This document shows, piece by piece, positions 27,966 to 37,813 of a stretch of 64,000 nt of DNA. A program made the translations under genes and the position numbers. The notes under the pieces were generated by a model. It did no database searches, was not told the origin of the DNA, and saw only the letters and a list, made by a program, of their open reading frames with translations. Positions within the stretch are counted from its first letter, which is position 1, and the number at the start of each line of letters is the position of its first letter. The DNA is taken from the sequence record OM319461.1; one strand, written 5' to 3'.

Positions 27966-29270
27966 TTACTCGTCGCCTTCCTTTTTGTCGTCTTTCTTGT
28001 CATCTTTTTTGTCATCTTTCTTTTCGTCTTTCTTCTGATCGCCCATGTTCTTAATACATGCAGCAGCGTAGTTAGCTTGTGCTTCAGCTTGTAGGATAGC
28101 TTGTACGTGTACTTGCTTACCTACTTCACCAAGGAAGCTAATCATGCCTTTAACTTGTTTAGCATGCTCAGAGTTAACTGAACCAGCACCTTCTAGGCCT
28201 TTTAGAACTGAGCCTAGTTTCTCACCAACAAGCTTAGCATTTTCAACAAGTGCTTTAGCGCCTGGTGCTAGAGTAGCTGGCTCAACGTGTGGCATTTCAG
28301 TTGGGTTCTTAGCAGCAGTTTGTACTACACGTACAGTTGGAGCTGCTTTAGAATCGTTTGCAGTAGGAACGTGAACTACAAGGATCTTACCGCCGATGTT
28401 TTGACCAGTTACGTAGAAGTTGCCTTCGCCTTTAAGCTTAGCTTTCTTCACTAGTTCGTTACCAGCGTCAACTTTCTGGATCTTGCCAAGGTCTTTCTCG
28501 ATACCTTCACGAAGACGACCGAAAGCAGCATTGCGCGCAGGCATGTCTACTTTCTCACCGCTTACAGCAGAGATAAAGTCTTTGATCGCAGCAGCAGTTT
28601 GGCCCATACCTGATTTAGCAAACGCCATTGCATAGCCAGCAGCTTCTTTAGAATCGTCAGCATTAGATGCGTAGCCGATACCTTTGAAAGAAACAGCTTT
28701 AGCTTTTGCAGTGCCTTTTACAGTTGCAGCAATACCGAAAACTTGTTTTACTTTAGCTTCAACGCGACCAGCTTTAGTTAGGTAGCGCACGAACAATTTC
28801 TTAAGTGCTTCAACAATGCTCTTAACGATGTTCTTAGCACCTGTTTTTAACTTGTCCAAGTTTGCTTTAACTTTCATTTCTGCATCTTCAGTTGCAGAAA
28901 GAGCGCCGCCTGCTTCTGTGAAAGATTCAGTATCGAAGCCTTCAGCTGCGTGAGCACCAAGAACCGCAGATGCACCTTCGTACCAGCTAGCTAGTGTGGC
29001 AACTGTGTCGCCACGTGCGCCGCCGTTTTCACGTGCAACTTGCAGTGTTGCAGCTAGACGCTCGTGTTCTTCAGTTGCAGCAGATACACGCTGGAAGTTG
29101 CTTTCTAGTTGAAGAAGGTCAAGTTCTTCGCTCGGTACAGTTTCATCCATACCAAGGTCAATGCCTAGAGCAGCAAAGTCTACAGTGTCGCCGTAAACCA
29201 GGTCAGTGTTCATGTTTTCTTGATCTAGTTCAGTTGAGAATAGATCTTCAAGAGATGGTTGTTCAAACAT
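27966..29270 (-). CDS. Highly expressed internal head protein paralog (434 aa)
   Basis: MCP-like codon bias; acidic propeptide ending GFDTES/EDAE; C-terminal (DDKK)n repeat. Confidence 0.8.
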   Translation of the reverse strand: MFEQPSLEDLFSTELDQENMNTDLVYGDTVDFAALGIDLGMDETVPSEELDLLQLESNFQRVSAATEEHERLAATLQVARENGGARGDTVATLASWYEGASAVLGAHAAEGFDTESFTEAGGALSATEDAEMKVKANLDKLKTGAKNIVKSIVEALKKLFVRYLTKAGRVEAKVKQVFGIAATVKGTAKAKAVSFKGIGYASNADDSKEAAGYAMAFAKSGMGQTAAAIKDFISAVSGEKVDMPARNAAFGRLREGIEKDLGKIQKVDAGNELVKKAKLKGEGNFYVTGQNIGGKILVVHVPTANDSKAAPTVRVVQTAAKNPTEMPHVEPATLAPGAKALVENAKLVGEKLGSVLKGLEGAGSVNSEHAKQVKGMISFLGEVGKQVHVQAILQAEAQANYAAACIKNMGDQKKDEKKDDKKDDKKDDKKEGDE

Positions 29271-29380
29271 TTTTAGTTTTCCTTTGCAAAGGGTTGTTCT
29301 CAGATTTTTGAGAGTTTTTAAACATTTTCAGAATCGCCTCTACGGATGAGCGTTTTCTATCCTATTAGGCAGAATAGTTT

Positions 29381-29842
29381 TTAATTATCCGGTGGAGGAG
29401 TAGCTGGACCAGGAGGATTTAGTTCCCCGTGGATAACTTGAGCAAGCACCATCAAGGTTTCGATGGCTTCATCGACTTGCTTCATTGACGCAAGAGGCAT
29501 GAGTTTATCTACCATCTCCTCTCGACGTACAATGCCTGTCAAACAAACAAACTTATCTCGAGCCATAGTACAGCTTTCAACAGTTTTATCGTTTGCCGGT
29601 TGTAGGCCCATATACAGGAAGTCACATGGACGCAGTACCGTGTGGCAACCAGCCGCACGCTTAAATAGGGTTTCCATTACACAAGAAACAGCAGCGTAGT
29701 CTTCGCGCATCCCCATGGCAGCTTTCATAATACGATTGCGCCAAGTAAGGATCTCTTTTAAGCGGGAGACGTCATCGATTTGACAGTCTCCTGCTTCGTA
29801 GCTCTTGTAGAAATGGAGAAAGTCAGCAACCATGTTGCGCAT
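29381..29842 (-). CDS. Hypothetical protein (153 aa; phiKZ gp91-like position)
   Basis: AGGAG SD; sits inside the head-gene operon. Confidence 0.7.
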   Translation of the reverse strand: MRNMVADFLHFYKSYEAGDCQIDDVSRLKEILTWRNRIMKAAMGMREDYAAVSCVMETLFKRAAGCHTVLRPCDFLYMGLQPANDKTVESCTMARDKFVCLTGIVRREEMVDKLMPLASMKQVDEAIETLMVLAQVIHGELNPPGPATPPPDN

Positions 29843-29853
29843 TTTCTATCTCC

Positions 29854-30735
29854 TTAACTTTCCATGTCCTTGATTTTTTGCTCAAGGATACGGATGCGTT
29901 TGTCGTAATGCTCGATCTGTTTCTTGATGTTCTCAAGCTCTTCGCCGGTAGCTCCTTCCATCGCACGTTTGCGATATAGTTGCTCCATACGAATACGATT
30001 CAGGATTTCTTTAGCACGGTCACGACGATACGTAATCCAGCTATTCCAGTATTCGCCAACAAAGATGGCAATATGCCCGATAACAGGAATCAAGTTAGAA
30101 CGGAATGGGTCAACCTTTTCTTTGTAGGCTGCTTCCATTTCTTTCGCGCGCTCTTCGATAAACGGTACGTCTTTACCCTGTGCAAATGCCGACTCTAATT
30201 GAGATGGGCGTTTGTGGGCAATCATGATACCGTAGAACGCAGCTTGTTGGAAACCATAGTTATTGATTTCTTCTTCGTACTTCATAATGATCTTGTCTTT
30301 CTTGTACAAGTCACTGCTTGCATTAGCAGATAGTACTGCTGCAAACTTAGTAGCAAAGTCGAAGAAGGTATCGATAGCTGCACACATCTGAAGTAGATGT
30401 ACACGATGGTAATCAAGGCCTTCACGGATTACTTCGCGGTCGAAAGATTTTTCCAACATCTTGAGATAATCGTTTTTGTTCTTAGCCAGTTCTTTAACTG
30501 TTAGGCGAAGGAACTGAAGAACATTGCCTTTGTAGATATCACCAGTAAAGCTAGAACGACGCAGAGTTGTGTCGATCATTTTATAAACAGCCAGGTCAGC
30601 ATAAGCACGATCATCCACCATTAGGATTTCTTCAAGCATGCCTTCATGATTGTCGATGTTTTGCTCAAGACCTTTAACAACGATCTCTTTTTCTGTCGGT
30701 GTAAAAACTCGAGTAACAAAGTTTGTCAATGACAT
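29854..30735 (-). CDS. Virion head structural protein (phiKZ gp90-like; 293 aa; start moved to MSLTNF)
   Basis: AAGGA SD at ATG 30735; DPFRSNLIPVIG motif and C-terminal coiled coil. Confidence 0.75.
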   Translation of the reverse strand: MSLTNFVTRVFTPTEKEIVVKGLEQNIDNHEGMLEEILMVDDRAYADLAVYKMIDTTLRRSSFTGDIYKGNVLQFLRLTVKELAKNKNDYLKMLEKSFDREVIREGLDYHRVHLLQMCAAIDTFFDFATKFAAVLSANASSDLYKKDKIIMKYEEEINNYGFQQAAFYGIMIAHKRPSQLESAFAQGKDVPFIEERAKEMEAAYKEKVDPFRSNLIPVIGHIAIFVGEYWNSWITYRRDRAKEILNRIRMEQLYRKRAMEGATGEELENIKKQIEHYDKRIRILEQKIKDMES

Positions 30736-30745
30736 TGTTAGTTCC

Positions 30746-31852
30746 TTACAGGTTAAATGCCTTACCAAGCTCAAACGATTTCATCATACCTTCGATGTCG
30801 TTTGAACCACCGCCGCTACCTTTAGGCTTAAGATCAGATAGATCGTAAGTACCGTAGTCTTTCTGGCCAACTGTGTAAACCTTGATGATATCCATAGTAG
30901 GATCAACAACAGACATTACCATTGTACCAGTGCGGTCAAAGAATTGGTCGCGAATACGTGGATTGCTGAATGAACCACGCATAGCTGTTTCCATTGAACG
31001 AAGAGAAGCAGCTGACATTACAACCATGTTTGATGCAACGTTAAAGTTCATCTTCTTGTTGTTTGCGATAGATGCAACTGTGCCACGACGACGATTGTCG
31101 CGCATCAAGCCGTAAAGACCATCTTTGTCTTCTAGGCGTAGTTTGCCATCTTCGCGAAGGATGTCTAGACCAAGTAGGTATGTTGCAGAGCCTTCAATTT
31201 CACCAGCAAGGAAACGGTTCCAGCGACCCATGATAGATTGGTCTTGGCCAATGAATGCGTAAAGTAGTTTGTTAAGGAAGTTAACATCTACCACGTTTGG
31301 TTTAACGCGAACTGTGATTGGCTGTTGGATTTCAGTCTTGCCTACTCGAATAGGAACATAAACCAATTTGCCTACTGCAAGGTTCGACGGTTTAGAGATT
31401 TCTGCTTCTTTGTAGTTCTCTGCGTCAAACTGAGAAAGTAGGTCGCCGTAATCGCCACCGACTAGATTTACGTCATCGTAACCTTCTAGTGTAATGTCCG
31501 TGATGAATTCTTTAACGCGCTCCAAAGCACCTGTGGTCGTAGTACGTGGACGACGGTCAGAAATAGGTGCAAGGATTTCTTCTACTGAAGTACCTGGAGG
31601 AATAACCCCATCAGCCGGAAGAATTAGCGATGCAGCTTTAAGCCAAAGAGCTGTATACATGCTCAACTTAAACTGGTAAATGTTATGAATAGTTTCGGTA
31701 TCTAGAGAGTTGACCAGGTCATTACCGGTCAGGATTAACGGAGTAAGACTTGCCATATCGGCAGCTTCCGCGATCGATTCACGATCATCCTCTACAATTT
31801 TTAGGATACCAAGCAGTCGAGTTAACAAATCCGGAGATTGTACTTGAGACAT
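30746..31852 (-). CDS. Virion head structural protein (phiKZ gp89-like)
   Basis: 368 aa; SNLAVGKLV, NVASNMVVMS and MSVVDP motifs. Confidence 0.8.
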   Translation of the reverse strand: MSQVQSPDLLTRLLGILKIVEDDRESIAEAADMASLTPLILTGNDLVNSLDTETIHNIYQFKLSMYTALWLKAASLILPADGVIPPGTSVEEILAPISDRRPRTTTTGALERVKEFITDITLEGYDDVNLVGGDYGDLLSQFDAENYKEAEISKPSNLAVGKLVYVPIRVGKTEIQQPITVRVKPNVVDVNFLNKLLYAFIGQDQSIMGRWNRFLAGEIEGSATYLLGLDILREDGKLRLEDKDGLYGLMRDNRRRGTVASIANNKKMNFNVASNMVVMSAASLRSMETAMRGSFSNPRIRDQFFDRTGTMVMSVVDPTMDIIKVYTVGQKDYGTYDLSDLKPKGSGGGSNDIEGMMKSFELGKAFNL

Positions 31853-31911
31853 TATTGTGTTCCTTTATATATTTCTTCGAAGAAAAAGAGCTAGACACGA
31901 AGGAGTTTTTC

Positions 31912-32958
31912 ATGTCCACTGATAATCTAACACCGCGCGGAGTTAGACAAAAGGCCACCACCGGTGACCCAGATAGCGCTATCTTTAATATGTTTTACGG
32001 ACCAAGCCATACGGGCAGTGCTGATCTCGTTCAGATCAACCAAGACGTTCTTGGCTATGTCTTTATTACTAAGCCGAATTGCAACATGAGCAAAGGCAAT
32101 ATCGCGAAAGTCCGCAAACTATACAATTTGGCAGATGAAGATCCAAACAGTTTGTCTTGTGCCATCAAATGTTCGATGTCAACAAAACATTATTGGGATG
32201 TTCAACGCGATGGTATTCGCTCAAATGCCGTCAATGATGACTATGCCTTTATACCGTTTCTTAGCACAAGTTTAGAATCTTTGTCTGGCTGGCCAGACGA
32301 AGCAATGGAATTCTTCGAGTCCGAAGAAGGTTGGGCTAAAGAAGTTTATGGTTGGGCAGATGGTCGACCAGAGAGTTTTAGTACATTTGATTTGCAGTTC
32401 ACGTTTAATTCAAAAGAAGGCGACCCACACGGAGCATTCTTCACAGCCATGCATCAATACATGGGCCATGTTGGAATCGGTACAATTAACCCATTGGGTG
32501 TCAGTGAAATCGAATTCGAAATTGACTATGCGCAAAACGTTTATGTGATACTCATGGATAGAACGAAAAAGTTCGTTCATAAAATTGCATGCCTTAACAT
32601 GGGTGGCTTTTGGATGGGTACAAACAACGGCGCACAATTTAATGTCGAGAAAGGTCCTTCCGTACAACTTGGCAGTAGACAGATTTCTGTACCGATGCGT
32701 TGCTTTGGCTTTCTTTACAATGATCCAGCAATCGTGGATCGCTTCAATAAAACTGTCGGCAACTTCAAGTTCGACATGTTTAAAATCCATACCGACGAAG
32801 AGCACAAGCTAGTAAAAATTCCTAGCATGCACAAAGCTTATTATTTTAACAATCGCGGGTACCCGTTTATCAATCCGAATACCTCTGAACTAGAGTGGTG
32901 GATTGAACAGGACGTATACGATGCGATACTGAAAACAGCAGGAGTAAACAATGACTAA
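31912..32958 (+). CDS. Virion structural protein, tail-tube-fold baseplate component (phiKZ gp88-like; 348 aa; start moved to MSTDNL)
   Basis: AGGAG SD at 31901; GYVFITKP, SLSGWPD and IDYAQNVY motifs. Confidence 0.75.
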   Translation: MSTDNLTPRGVRQKATTGDPDSAIFNMFYGPSHTGSADLVQINQDVLGYVFITKPNCNMSKGNIAKVRKLYNLADEDPNSLSCAIKCSMSTKHYWDVQRDGIRSNAVNDDYAFIPFLSTSLESLSGWPDEAMEFFESEEGWAKEVYGWADGRPESFSTFDLQFTFNSKEGDPHGAFFTAMHQYMGHVGIGTINPLGVSEIEFEIDYAQNVYVILMDRTKKFVHKIACLNMGGFWMGTNNGAQFNVEKGPSVQLGSRQISVPMRCFGFLYNDPAIVDRFNKTVGNFKFDMFKIHTDEEHKLVKIPSMHKAYYFNNRGYPFINPNTSELEWWIEQDVYDAILKTAGVNND

Positions 32959-35797
32959 GGCAAAAGAAGCGTTAGTTTCCCTTGCTACTCATCTAGAAAC
33001 ATCCCCTGGCAGTATTTTTGAATTGTCACTGGACATGCTCGATGAAGCATATAATGGCGAGATCGATATCGTAGACGCAACATCTCCGATGGTCTCTCTG
33101 TTGGCAACTACGGCAACAATCAACGCAGGTTCTATGCTACGCATGGAAAGTTTGTCACGTCGTGAATATCCTGCATTGGCTCAAACATGGGATGATTTGT
33201 TTCCTCATATGTCGAGTGATGATCATCTAGATCGTTTTGCCAAGCCAGTAGAAGATACCGTAATTTACCTTGGCTTCAGTGCAAGTGAACTACGTGATGC
33301 GGCAGTAGCCGATACCGAAAGTGGAATGAAGCGACTCACTATTCCTAGAGACTCTAGTTTCAGTGTGGTGGGGGTTTCATTCTATACTGGGTATCCGATC
33401 GATATCTACATGATGGATGATGGTCAGTTTACATGTCGCTGGGATGACAGCATTCCTAATCCGTTGCGTTCACTTGCTACAAACCATATCCCTACAAAAA
33501 CGCTGTATACGCCCGCTGGTGAGGTTTTGGTTTTAACTGTCCCAATGATACAACTGGCAGCTACTTCGTCCTCTCAGCCTGCTTCTGTGTCCTCTGGTTT
33601 TAAGATCACTCAACAGTTTGATGATTACTTCTACGCTGCACGCATCTACATGCGCAGTGCAAGCGGATGGACAGAAATCAAAACAACGTTTGATGAACAG
33701 GTATACAACCCTAGTGAGCCAACGGCAATCATCAAGGTAGAAGAGAATCTTATTCATATTCGTCTACCTGAGATTTACTTTACCCAGAAAATGAACGGCT
33801 CTACGGTTCGTGTTGACATCTTTACTACAAAAGGTGTTCTTAATATGAATCTGGCCGAGTACGCATCTGACGTATGGTCAGGAGAATTCATTGACTTTGG
33901 TATGGAGTCTGGTCGCTTTATTGATCCTGTTTTGAATCTAACTATCCGCTCGGTCGAGTCACTGGACAAGACAATCGGTGGTCGATCTGGATTGAGCTTT
34001 GATGAAGTCAAGCAGCGTGTTATCTTTGGACATGGTGACAAAGAGAAAGCTCTGAGCTTCGATGAACTCAAAACTGAACTAGCCAAAGAACAACTCGGTG
34101 TAGAGCGCCAGAAAGATACAATCGGTAACCGTACCTTTGTTGCAACGAAGAAACTCGAGATTCCCGATAAGTATGGTCTTAGCACTGGTACTGGTACGGC
34201 ATCTGCGGAAGTTACGCTTGATCTTGCACGAGATGATATTAACAACCATCTTGTTAGAAACGGTGACCTAAGCACACTTAAGCCAAGTGCCCTGTTCAAG
34301 AAATCGGTTGGTTCTATTGCACTACTGAGTGACCAAGAGACTATCTCTTTTGAAAACTTGAGCATATACAACAAAGCTGACTACCTGAACAATGAAGAGT
34401 ATTTCTATACTCCATACCACTACGTAGTTGACGAAAGCTCTTCTATGAATGCGTTACGTGCTTACTATCTTCGAACACCAGTAGTTAATGCAGTTAATGT
34501 GATTCAACAGAATTCATCTGCTGGCTTTACGATAAGCACAAGTAACTCACAGATTCTTTATGATGAGACAGCTCAGACTTATTCTCTTTCTGTTATTGCT
34601 GAGACTCCGAACATGGGTGAACGTACGATTGCCGTACTTAACTTTACGGATCCGGTAACAAACCAGAAATGGGATATTGTGGGCATGCCTACTTATATCG
34701 ATAGTGATCGTACTCGCTATGACTTTGTCTTTGGTTCTATGGTTGACTTCGACGGTCAACATGACTTCACAGTTAACGGATGGACCGGCACTGGTAATCC
34801 ACGCTTTAGTCTTCGTGATCACCAATTGGATCTTGTGTACCTCAATACCTCTAGCAGCAATACGACGTCATTTGACTCTGTATTAGCCAAGAACGCATTG
34901 ACTGGTACATACACTGCAATTGCACACGAAACACTTGACATCACGTTCGGTGAGTACCTAGAGCGTCTATATACTCCGATGCGTAAGATCATTACTCCAC
35001 CTACTTACCAGACGTGGACATATGACGTACCTATGGTTTATCCGACTACGGAATTCGAGATGGGTATCGAAGGCCCTGTCATCAGTGAAGTAAAACCTGG
35101 CGAGTGGGACTTTGTTGTCAAACATTACCAGGGAGATCAAGTAGTTATCGATGGCGAGTTACAATGGGAAGCACGTAAAGGCGAACGCGTTGTAAACAGC
35201 GAAGGTAACTTCATCGAGCTCAAACCAAGTGGTACTGCTTTCAAATGTCGTCTTGCTATGGTGGATGCTTCTTATCGCTTTGCAAGTACTTCTGAGATTG
35301 TGGCATACGAAAAAGAAATTCCAAGTACGGTAACTGCTACACTACGTGGTCCAATTGACCGTATTGCGAATGCCCTGTTCGAAGAAACAAACCTATTCTT
35401 TGAGCCGGTAAGTGATAAAGTAGATGCACGTGCTCGTCTTGACTCTGGTCGTGAATCAACAATCCCTACTGCATTGAGTTTCTCTTTCCGCGTACGCTTG
35501 ACAGACAGTGCATATCAAAATCCCAATATCCGTAAACGTCTACGCGATTCATTAACTACCTTGCTATTGGATCAACTTGACTCCAGTGAGTTCTATCTAT
35601 CTGAACTTTATGCTGTCATGGCAAAACTATCTCCGGAAAACATCCGTGCTATTGAGATTGATTCTCCAATCCCTAGTGCAGACATGGCAATCCTACTCGA
35701 GGAAAATGCTCGCTTTACCCTAGCGACAAAAGCTCTGGTACTTGCTAACGGTGAGTTAGACATTGTCGACGACATCGATATTGAATGGACAAAATAA
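32951..35797 (+). CDS. Baseplate wedge-like structural protein (phiKZ gp87-like)
   Basis: 948 aa; RREYPALAQTWDDLFPHMS and VDIFTTKG motifs; T4 gp6/baseplate-J-like layout inferred. Confidence 0.75.
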   Translation: MTKAKEALVSLATHLETSPGSIFELSLDMLDEAYNGEIDIVDATSPMVSLLATTATINAGSMLRMESLSRREYPALAQTWDDLFPHMSSDDHLDRFAKPVEDTVIYLGFSASELRDAAVADTESGMKRLTIPRDSSFSVVGVSFYTGYPIDIYMMDDGQFTCRWDDSIPNPLRSLATNHIPTKTLYTPAGEVLVLTVPMIQLAATSSSQPASVSSGFKITQQFDDYFYAARIYMRSASGWTEIKTTFDEQVYNPSEPTAIIKVEENLIHIRLPEIYFTQKMNGSTVRVDIFTTKGVLNMNLAEYASDVWSGEFIDFGMESGRFIDPVLNLTIRSVESLDKTIGGRSGLSFDEVKQRVIFGHGDKEKALSFDELKTELAKEQLGVERQKDTIGNRTFVATKKLEIPDKYGLSTGTGTASAEVTLDLARDDINNHLVRNGDLSTLKPSALFKKSVGSIALLSDQETISFENLSIYNKADYLNNEEYFYTPYHYVVDESSSMNALRAYYLRTPVVNAVNVIQQNSSAGFTISTSNSQILYDETAQTYSLSVIAETPNMGERTIAVLNFTDPVTNQKWDIVGMPTYIDSDRTRYDFVFGSMVDFDGQHDFTVNGWTGTGNPRFSLRDHQLDLVYLNTSSSNTTSFDSVLAKNALTGTYTAIAHETLDITFGEYLERLYTPMRKIITPPTYQTWTYDVPMVYPTTEFEMGIEGPVISEVKPGEWDFVVKHYQGDQVVIDGELQWEARKGERVVNSEGNFIELKPSGTAFKCRLAMVDASYRFASTSEIVAYEKEIPSTVTATLRGPIDRIANALFEETNLFFEPVSDKVDARARLDSGRESTIPTALSFSFRVRLTDSAYQNPNIRKRLRDSLTTLLLDQLDSSEFYLSELYAVMAKLSPENIRAIEIDSPIPSADMAILLEENARFTLATKALVLANGELDIVDDIDIEWTK

Positions 35798-35803
35798 TAA
35801 TTA

Positions 35804-35827
35804 CCCTATCCCCGTTTGGGGATAGGG
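35804..35827. terminator. Bidirectional terminator
   Basis: Perfect 10-bp stem ccctatcccc / ggggataggg between convergent genes. Confidence 0.8.
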
Positions 35828-35835
35828 CTTATTTC

Positions 35836-37809
35836 TTATTTCTCTGTAGCTGCCATCCATGTAACTTTCATGGATACTGCTTCTTGTGCAATTGAACGAT
35901 AAGTACTCGCCAATGCCGAAGCTGTACGTGCCATGGTCTTCAAGGTATGGTTGTGTACTACAAATGATTCACGGACAACTTGTTCTTGTTCGAGAACATC
36001 TGCCTTCTCGGATTGACGTTCCATGAACTTAAAGTCGATGCGGTGAATGCGCTTAACCTTACGCTGGATGTCGCGTGCAGTTTGCTCTAGTTCTTCAGCA
36101 GTCTTCTCCATCACATCAATAGCAGGGAAAACAGAAACTACTTTCTCGATCGCTGCTTCTGTGATGTCAATAGAGCCATAACCATCGGTCTTGGCATTGC
36201 GGATTTTGTTTTGCATCTCAGTGACGTTAATAAAAGAACTTAGCTCAGTTGCTTTAACCAATGGCTCACCGTTTGCTGCACTCAGGCCGGTACCAGTTAC
36301 AGGTTCCTTGACGATGTTAGAGAACACACCAGAAGTATTAATAGCCGCATCGAAGCCAGAAGCAATCTCCAAGCCACGACGATTCATCTCATCATTAATG
36401 CGCTCTAGTTCTTCCTTGTTATCACTACGGAAGCTTTCTTCTGCTTCGTCAGCCAGGCGCTCAAAGAGATCCACATAATCGCCGATGTGATTCAAGCTAC
36501 TCTTGATGGCTTCAGGACCAACACGCTGCTCTGCCACAATAGGAAGACCAGTAGCAATCAAACCATGTATTGGCTTGTTAAATGCCTTCTTCCATTTGTC
36601 AATCAGCTCACCGCGCTCAGTGACACTGAAACGCACCTTGAGGTTAAATGGCGCACCGAAGAAATTAATCACGTTGGTAATGATTGCTTCGATAAAACGA
36701 ATCGCTGCTTTGATTAGACCTTGGCCAGCTTTGCGGATTGCACCGAATAGACCCATTACTACTTCTGCATCGGCCACAGTGCCATCGCGTTTCTCTGGGA
36801 ACTGTGCAAGCAATTCACGGTCTTTCACCGGATGGAGATTACCTAACATGATTGCATCTGTGCGCGAAATACCTTCGGCAAGAAGTTCACGAAGTAATTG
36901 CTCGTTGCGTTCTACGACAGCGAAACGTTCTTCCAACTGATTACCATAAGACTCTGCATCGAACCCTTCACCGAATCCTTCGACATCATGGCCTTCTTCT
37001 GACCAGTCTTGTGCAAAACTAGTTAGGTTCTGGTCTTCACGCATAGCTTCTTCACGGGACTTAACTTCTTTGCCATAGAATGCGTTAATAAAGGCAACTA
37101 GTGGCTGACGAGTAATACTACCCTGCATTGCTGAAACTACTTGGTTTTCCACAAGCATCATGAACTTACTATCTGTGATGTATTCGAACTTCATGTTACC
37201 ACGATACATCTCGAACATATCGGTAACAACCGAACGAACGACGCGATGGTAAGCCTGCATTGTCTCTGGTGGTACTTCTTTAAGTGCTGCATCTAAAGCA
37301 TCATAGATGCGGTCAGTTAGTTGATCGATCAGACGCGTAGGACTACGCATATAGTTGATATCAGAGAAGTATGTTAGAATCTCACGACGATTCGTAAATA
37401 CAACTTCCATGATGTAGTAGAATGCCTGATGGAAAACATGCTCGTCTTTATACATGCGGTTTTCTTTATACTCTGCTTCTACATAGTTGTATGCCGTAAG
37501 CATCTCAAACAAAATGTAAAGAGGGTCTTTGGCAATACGCAGACGATGTTGGTAAACCAGACGGGCCATTTCCAAAGCCAGGGTTTCATCTACCATTTGG
37601 TATTTGGCAATCTTGGCGATCTCTTGTTTGGCAATAGGAAGAACTTCTACAGACCAGCGAGTTAGGAACTCATGGTTATCGTCTGTCATCACCAATGGAA
37701 GGTGCTGGTTAACAATCAGTGCTGTTGCCATAGACATTGGTGAGCCTACGTTGAAATGCAGAGAGCCCGCACCAAGGGCAACGTTCTGAAGGATTTTATC
37801 TTGGTTCAT
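35836..37809 (-). CDS. Virion head protein (657 aa): N-terminal helical domain plus C-terminal head-paralog-like domain
   Basis: Internal HDVEG-FGEG-FDAES linker followed by a paralog-type amphipathic helix. Confidence 0.75.
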   Translation of the reverse strand: MNQDKILQNVALGAGSLHFNVGSPMSMATALIVNQHLPLVMTDDNHEFLTRWSVEVLPIAKQEIAKIAKYQMVDETLALEMARLVYQHRLRIAKDPLYILFEMLTAYNYVEAEYKENRMYKDEHVFHQAFYYIMEVVFTNRREILTYFSDINYMRSPTRLIDQLTDRIYDALDAALKEVPPETMQAYHRVVRSVVTDMFEMYRGNMKFEYITDSKFMMLVENQVVSAMQGSITRQPLVAFINAFYGKEVKSREEAMREDQNLTSFAQDWSEEGHDVEGFGEGFDAESYGNQLEERFAVVERNEQLLRELLAEGISRTDAIMLGNLHPVKDRELLAQFPEKRDGTVADAEVVMGLFGAIRKAGQGLIKAAIRFIEAIITNVINFFGAPFNLKVRFSVTERGELIDKWKKAFNKPIHGLIATGLPIVAEQRVGPEAIKSSLNHIGDYVDLFERLADEAEESFRSDNKEELERINDEMNRRGLEIASGFDAAINTSGVFSNIVKEPVTGTGLSAANGEPLVKATELSSFINVTEMQNKIRNAKTDGYGSIDITEAAIEKVVSVFPAIDVMEKTAEELEQTARDIQRKVKRIHRIDFKFMERQSEKADVLEQEQVVRESFVVHNHTLKTMARTASALASTYRSIAQEAVSMKVTWMAATEK

Positions 37810-37813
37810 TTGT

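Noticed and set aside
27966-28040. (DDKK)n repeat at the end of the 434-aa gene as a possible array
   Set aside because: Short, imperfect coding low-complexity with no spacers; not CRISPR-like.
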